Part shown: one piece after another, positions 25,134-28,928 of the stretch
Layout: each line of letters begins with the position of its first letter
How positions within the stretch are numbered: the first letter of the stretch is position 1
Assembly (NCBI GenBank): GCA_030630095.1
Contig: DAOVNW010000001.1
Coordinates: 1-28,928 of the forward strand
Length of the DNA: 28,928 nucleotides
From: Candidatus Omnitrophota bacterium
GTDB taxonomy: Bacteria > Omnitrophota > Gorgyraeia > JAGLLT01
Direction: 5' to 3'
Program-made: the position numbers and the translations under genes
The notes under the pieces: model-generated
Database searches by the model: none
Told to the model about the DNA's origin: nothing
What the model saw: only the letters and a program-made list of their open reading frames with translations

Positions 25134-25259
25134 ATCCTCCTCCATATTAGGAAATTCCGAAAATTCCAGAAACTCAAGAAACTCCTTTGAAACCTTAAAA
25201 GGCGCTTCCGCAAACTCTCTTATCTCTTCCCAGGTTATCTCTTTTTCAGGGTCTTTCAT
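25134..25259 (-). CDS. 41-aa hypothetical protein
   Basis: MKDPEKEITWEEIREFAEAPFKVSKEFLSFWNFRNFLIWED*, with an ATGA overlap and AGGAGG upstream. Confidence 0.45.
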
Positions 25260-25390
25260 TCTTTGAAATCCTCCTGGGCCTCATGAGTAAACTCATAATC
25301 AGGCTCATCACCAAACTCTATATGACTACAGCCGACGTGTAATATCATGGCCATTACAAATAATAATAACAGAAATGTTAGCTTTGTCAT
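25256..25390 (-). CDS. 44-aa putative lipoprotein
   Basis: MTKLTFLLLLFVMAMILHVG-C-SHIEFGDEPDYEFTHEAQEDFKE*: a hydrophobic core, a lipobox-like xVGC and an acidic tail. ATGA overlaps on both sides. Confidence 0.5.
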   Translation of the reverse strand: MTKLTFLLLLFVMAMILHVGCSHIEFGDEPDYEFTHEAQEDFKE

Positions 25391-25545
25391 GAGTTGCTCT
25401 CCCAAATCTCCGGCGCATTCAGCCACTTAACCAGATCCTCACGCATGGCTGACCGGACAAACTTTGCTAATTCCATAGCCTTTTCAATGGGGATCCCTAA
25501 TTCTTCTACATATGCGTGGAATGTCATTTTTTTAGGTTCTGTCAT
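25387..25545 (-). CDS. Hypothetical protein (probable start MTEPKK at 25545)
   Basis: ATGA overlap with the HNH stop. The longer ORF-track start at 25623 lies inside the HNH gene. Confidence 0.45.
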   Translation of the reverse strand: MTEPKKMTFHAYVEELGIPIEKAMELAKFVRSAMREDLVKWLNAPEIWESNS

Positions 25546-26105
25546 TTCTTTTTCTTGCTTGCTGGCTTCGGCTGCCTTGGAGTGTTCCCCAAGCAAATCC
25601 ATCCATGCACTTTCATATGACATTTATTACACAAAGTAATACCATTTTTAATATTCCAAAAATCATCATAATCTTTACTTAATTTATACAATTCTTTACT
25701 CCCCGCTTCAATATATCTCTCTAAGAACTCTATATAAATCGTTTTTATTGGAACAAGATGATGTGCCCGAATGTTTTTTTTAGAACCACAAGTTTTACAC
25801 TCATAATTATTATTCTCATAAACAACCTTACGCCAATTCGCATATTCAGTGCTTTGTTTTATTTTTTTGAGCAAACTCTCATTTTTGCCATACAAAGTGT
25901 CTTTATTCCAAGGGATTGAACCTTTCTTAAATTCTGTTTCGGGACTTAAATGGATTCCTTTTTCCCCTTTACACCAAGGTATTAAACCCTTTTTAAACTG
26001 GGTTTCTAAACTTCTATGTTCTCCTTTTTGGATTGGATTTTCAGGGATATGGCCTTTTTTAAACCACCCCTTATTTACTCCGCTTATAGGGATTCCTTTT
26101 GGCAT
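25542..26105 (-). CDS. Free-standing HNH homing-type endonuclease with N-terminal FKKG..PW(N)KG repeats
   Basis: Repeats WFKKGHIPEN, QFKKGLIPWCKG, EFKKGSIPWNKD, then CKTC...AHHL...NGITLCNKCHMKVH. The ATG at 26105 lies 4 nt after the upstream stop. Confidence 0.85.
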   Translation of the reverse strand: MPKGIPISGVNKGWFKKGHIPENPIQKGEHRSLETQFKKGLIPWCKGEKGIHLSPETEFKKGSIPWNKDTLYGKNESLLKKIKQSTEYANWRKVVYENNNYECKTCGSKKNIRAHHLVPIKTIYIEFLERYIEAGSKELYKLSKDYDDFWNIKNGITLCNKCHMKVHGWICLGNTPRQPKPASKKKK

Positions 26106-26109
26106 ATTT

Positions 26110-26235
26110 TTATCTCTTTCTTTTTGGACATTTCTGGCCTGCCGCCACTCTCCGGCCAACCTTACTAACTTTGCTTTGAGCTGAACCTTTATAGCTGCCT
26201 GATCCGTCTCTACGGCCTCTTGCTGTCTTTGCCAT
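26110..26235 (-). CDS. 41-aa basic Gly/Arg/Lys-rich protein
   Basis: MAKTARGRRDGSGSYKGSAQSKVSKVGRRVAAGQKCPKRKR*, strong RBS TAAGGAG. Below the ORF-track cutoff. Confidence 0.6.
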   Translation of the reverse strand: MAKTARGRRDGSGSYKGSAQSKVSKVGRRVAAGQKCPKRKR

Positions 26236-26313
26236 GTCTTTTCTCCTTAATTATAAGTGCAGTGAGTTAAGCTGACTCGCAAACTTAACCCACCTGTAGG
26301 CATAACCGATAAA

Positions 26314-26571
26314 TTATGCCTGATTATAGATTGCAGTTGTATCCAAACACTCTCTACACCAATAAATAGCACAAGCCATATAATCATGCAGCCACATATC
26401 GCCTTTTTCGTTTTCATGCAAATTACAAATAGGAGGCTCTGAATCTTCGCCATCCTCAAATCCTACAAAACCTATCCTCGCCTCACCTTTACAGTGGACA
26501 CAAGTCGTTGTTTTTTCAAATTTATCCTGCCAGCTACGCTCTAAGCCTTCTTCACCTATAAATATTTTCAT
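26314..26571 (-). CDS. Small Cys-rich (putative Zn-binding) protein
   Basis: 85 aa with CVHC and CREC pairs, RBS AAGGAG. Confidence 0.65.
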   Translation of the reverse strand: MKIFIGEEGLERSWQDKFEKTTTCVHCKGEARIGFVGFEDGEDSEPPICNLHENEKGDMWLHDYMACAIYWCRECLDTTAIYNQA

Positions 26572-26604
26572 TTTTCTCCTTTTTAATAAAAAAGACTTAC
26601 CTGA

Positions 26605-26922
26605 CTATGCCTCCAATAAGTCTTTTCTGATTTTCTTTAATTCTTCCAAATGACGGCATTTAATATCCGATATTAAATCCGTGATTTCCTGTAAAATGGT
26701 TGTGATTTCTTTATCTACGCCTAGTTGAGACTTTACTTTGCGGCCTCTGCCCCGTCTGCCCCTGCCGTCTATTTTTATCTCATTACAAAGCAGCTGTAAA
26801 GAGCTTAGGCTTACTTTTATCTGATACAGCTCTTTTATTTTTGCAGCGATTTCTTTAAAGGTCATTCCCTCTGACCTTAACTTCTTAACTTGCTCTTGCT
26901 GGCCTTCTGATAGTTTATTCAT
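26605..26922 (-). CDS. Putative helix-turn-helix DNA-binding protein
   Basis: LSEGQQEQVKKLRSEGMTFKEIAAKI...VSLSSL is an HTH-like pattern, followed by a basic GRGRRGRGRK linker. Confidence 0.6.
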   Translation of the reverse strand: MNKLSEGQQEQVKKLRSEGMTFKEIAAKIKELYQIKVSLSSLQLLCNEIKIDGRGRRGRGRKVKSQLGVDKEITTILQEITDLISDIKCRHLEELKKIRKDLLEA

Positions 26923-26968
26923 TGTTTCTCCGCTGTTTAAGATTGCCTAAAAAATACTTTACTTTTTG

Positions 26969-27220
26969 TTAAGCCTTGGCTAATTCTACAAAATCCTTTT
27001 TAATGAAGTTATTCATGCTTGCAATAAAATGATCAATTTCTATTTCCTCTGTATTCTCACAAACAATAAATTCTCTCGAGCATTGATGTACGCTTTCTGG
27101 AGTTTTGTACTCAACTCGTATTACAAGAGAAACAAGACTTGTAATATAAACAGAGACACGGCTCTTTATTTTTATTCCTTTATCTATTTTTTGAAGCAAT
27201 TTAAGTGTTTCTGATAACAT
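26969..27220 (-). CDS. Hypothetical protein
   Basis: 83-aa ORF in the minus-strand chain. Confidence 0.5.
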   Translation of the reverse strand: MLSETLKLLQKIDKGIKIKSRVSVYITSLVSLVIRVEYKTPESVHQCSREFIVCENTEEIEIDHFIASMNNFIKKDFVELAKA

Positions 27221-27235
27221 TTATTGCCTTATTGC

Positions 27236-27433
27236 TTAAGCCACCAATTTCTTTTCTGCTTCTCTGATTTCTGCTTTTGTGGCAAGCCTAAAATGGTCTG
27301 GATTATAGTCGTTTAAATACGAAAATGGCTGAATTTGTCCATAATCTGTAAATACTTCCGAACAGCCTTTATGTTCTCCAACTCCAAATATCCAATCACC
27401 ATCTTTAAATTTAGCTTTTATTTTATCTTTCAT
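27236..27433 (-). CDS. Hypothetical protein (first gene of the leftward unit)
   Basis: 65 aa with a purine-rich RBS (GGGGAAAGGA). Confidence 0.55.
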   Translation of the reverse strand: MKDKIKAKFKDGDWIFGVGEHKGCSEVFTDYGQIQPFSYLNDYNPDHFRLATKAEIREAEKKLVA

Positions 27434-27439
27434 GGTTCC

Positions 27440-28211
27440 TTTCCCCTACCGGCCTCTCGACTGCCAGGGTGTGGTGGCTGCTCTCCTAAAACCAGGAGCT
27501 TCTAAGGCTAAAAGCCTAAAGTTTGCAACCCCAAACTTAAAATATTTTTGGCAGGATCGGATTATACGCACTCTTGCGAGTCTGCTCTTAGCACAGGTAA
27601 TAATCAGCTAAGCCTATGGACGTCCTGCTATCCTCTGTCTACCTTCGCTCGGTATAAAAACCTTTGCGCGGAGTATAAAATATAAGTGCGAACCAGGGAT
27701 TAACCTGGTTGTCTTTAAAAAAAGGCGAAAGATATGAGGATTCATATAAAAACCTCTTTTTAAAGAATTTTCCCTATTTTAGCCTTAAATCTTAGAAATA
27801 AACATAATATCATTTTAGACGTTATCCGGGAACTACCCAAGTAACACCGGAAAGACTAATTATTTTATTAAAGATATTAAAGTAATATAAATAATAAAGT
27901 AATCAGGAAAAGAATTCTCGATTTATCAGGTCGGGCATTTATTCAGTATGCCCCAGACTGCCGGTTTCGTTCCCGTAAAGACCTGTTTATAACTGTTAAA
28001 CAGTTGGATCGTCTAAATCCTCATATCTTTTCTTTGTGTTCCGTTCCTAAGAACTCATATATTATTTCAATAGCCAGTTTACGTTAGGCTGTAAACCGGA
28101 AACCCAGCCCTTTCATTAAAATATAAATGCAGCTTAAACAACACCATTACCAACCGCCGGACGAGTTTTAGTATTACTTAAGCCAAAACGAAAGTCGCTA
28201 AAACTTTCTAC
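27440..28211 (-). ncRNA. Candidate long structured leader/ncRNA (unclassified)
   Basis: No ORF of 60 aa or more between the leftward promoter and the first gene. Many stems, several completed by G-U pairs only on the minus strand, and a 15-nt long-range complement. No known family recognised. Confidence 0.4.
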
Positions 28212-28217
28212 AATATG

Positions 28218-28246
28218 AGTATACACTATATCGAGATAAAAGTCAA
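28218..28246 (-). promoter_or_regulatory. Leftward sigma70-type promoter
   Basis: TTGACT-N17-TATACT on the minus strand, with an A/T-rich UP region. Confidence 0.8.
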
Positions 28247-28249
28247 GTA

Positions 28250-28265
28250 AAAAATAATTATTTTT
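28250..28265. promoter_or_regulatory. 16-bp A/T palindrome between the divergent -35 boxes (shared UP element or operator candidate)
   Basis: AAAAATAATTATTTTT, flanked by the inverted GTCAAG...CTTGAC. Confidence 0.45.
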
Positions 28266-28274
28266 AAAAAAAGC

Positions 28275-28303
28275 TTGACAAATAATTAAAAATATGATAT
28301 ACT
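28275..28303 (+). promoter_or_regulatory. Rightward sigma70-type promoter with extended -10
   Basis: TTGACA-N17-TATACT with a TGn motif (TGA TATACT). Confidence 0.88.
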
Positions 28304-28329
28304 CACTGTAGATGAGGAGAACATAGACC

Positions 28330-28437
28330 ATGACTTTTAAATCAACTAAAAACTTGAGCTGGGCAGAACGGGTGGAAAAACCTACCAAAATTGGTCTATC
28401 CTCATCTAACCCTATTATGCCCAGCTTTTTAATTTAA
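28330..28437 (+). CDS. 35-aa upstream ORF/leader peptide candidate
   Basis: GAGGAG 10 nt upstream. MTFKSTKNLSWAERVEKPTKIGLSSSNPIMPSFLI*. Its TAA overlaps the TAAGGAGGT RBS of the next gene. Confidence 0.4.
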   Translation: MTFKSTKNLSWAERVEKPTKIGLSSSNPIMPSFLI

Positions 28438-28448
28438 GGAGGTATATT

Positions 28449-28769
28449 GTGAAATATTTAGCAAGAAATTATTATGAATGTGAAAAAGGCAGACGTTGGA
28501 GTGAAACAGTCATAGAAGATCAGCGGAGAAAAGGGAAAGGCGCTTGTGGTAAATTTGATTACACTGTGAAGAAAAACAATACTAAAGACGGGGATTTTTG
28601 CAAGTTCTCTGGTTGTCCAGAAAATGACCACAAAGTTAAACTCGTTAAATCTGTGCCATGGGAAAGGGATGAAAAAACCAGCGAAGGCCATTATTGGTTT
28701 AGGGGATATAATGATTTAAAAAAAGCTCCTACCTATATGGTTCTTAGGGTAAGCAAGATTTCCCATTAA
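28449..28769 (+). CDS. Hypothetical early-type protein
   Basis: 106 aa, GTG start with a perfect TAAGGAGGT RBS, 4 Cys. Confidence 0.65.
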   Translation: MKYLARNYYECEKGRRWSETVIEDQRRKGKGACGKFDYTVKKNNTKDGDFCKFSGCPENDHKVKLVKSVPWERDEKTSEGHYWFRGYNDLKKAPTYMVLRVSKISH

Positions 28770-28799
28770 GTGTATTATTAACCTAAAGGAGGCTGTGTT

Positions 28800-28928
28800 A
28801 TGGATAATGTATGTGTTTCTTGCGGCAACTATATTTATGACAATATTAATAATAATTGTCTATGTAAGACTTGCCAGCGTGAACTTAATGAGGGGTTTAA
28901 TGATGTCTCAACAATGCCTTATGAAGAG
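28800..28928 (+). CDS. Partial small Zn-finger-like protein (runs off the window)
   Basis: AAGGAGG RBS; MDNVCVSCGNYIYDNINNNCLCKTCQRELNEG... Confidence 0.55.
   Translation, partial: MDNVCVSCGNYIYDNINNNCLCKTCQRELNEGFNDVSTMPYEE

Noticed and set aside
743-27214. Plus-strand ORFs antisense to the structural genes, and nested minus-strand alternative-frame ORFs (e.g. 11446-11910, 13872-14366, 5345-5605, 18029-18241, 26247-26459)
   Set aside because: They are shadows of long coding genes, with no RBS or recognisable motifs.
27551-27628. Functional tRNA gene
   Set aside because: No T-psi-C arm or D-loop consensus, and the spacing is wrong; kept only as an unclassified structured element.
27440-28130. 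Known self-cleaving ribozymes or riboswitches (hammerhead, twister, pistol, HDV-like, c-di-GMP-I)
   Set aside because: I could not find the conserved cores by eye (e.g. CUGAUGA plus GAAA, HDV nested P1/P3); a covariance-model search is needed to exclude them fully.
28134-28388. 84-aa minus-strand ORF
   Set aside because: It spans both promoters with no RBS, so it is likely spurious.
1-28928. CRISPR array, diversity-generating retroelement, integrase/att site, IS element
   Set aside because: No spaced direct repeats, reverse transcriptase, TR/VR pair, recombinase or transposase is visible in this window.

Overview
The window is a fragment of a tailed dsDNA phage or prophage with a podovirus-type (P22/T7-like) morphogenesis module. 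It uses the bacterial genetic code, GGAGG ribosome-binding sites and sigma70-like promoters. No integrase or att site is visible, so free phage versus prophage cannot be decided. Almost all genes lie on the minus strand, in this order from a leftward promoter at about 28.2 kb: a roughly 780-nt ORF-free, hairpin-rich leader; small accessory ORFs including an HNH endonuclease; terminase small subunit; terminase large subunit (frameshifted in its Walker A codons); portal; scaffold; major capsid protein; a signal-peptide-bearing 820-aa fibre/decoration-like protein; a YkgJ-like Cys-cluster gene; head-tail adaptor; tail nozzle (apparently split, with an NHL beta-propeller at the break); four putative ejection proteins; and the start of a second signal-peptide-bearing appendage-like protein. 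A divergent rightward promoter drives a structured leader and small early-type genes. The best-supported unusual features are: (1) an 815-nt group I intron with a LAGLIDADG homing endonuclease inside the major capsid gene, with splice sites fixed by P1/P10 pairing; (2) a DnaJ J-domain with an intact HPD motif inside a putative ejection protein; (3) two adjacent ejection proteins whose only cysteines sit at their facing termini; (4) the split nozzle with its NHL cassette; (5) Sec-type signal peptides on virion-module proteins; and (6) switch-like RNA structures on both sides of the divergent promoter. All function calls come from motif recognition and gene order; no database searches were run.
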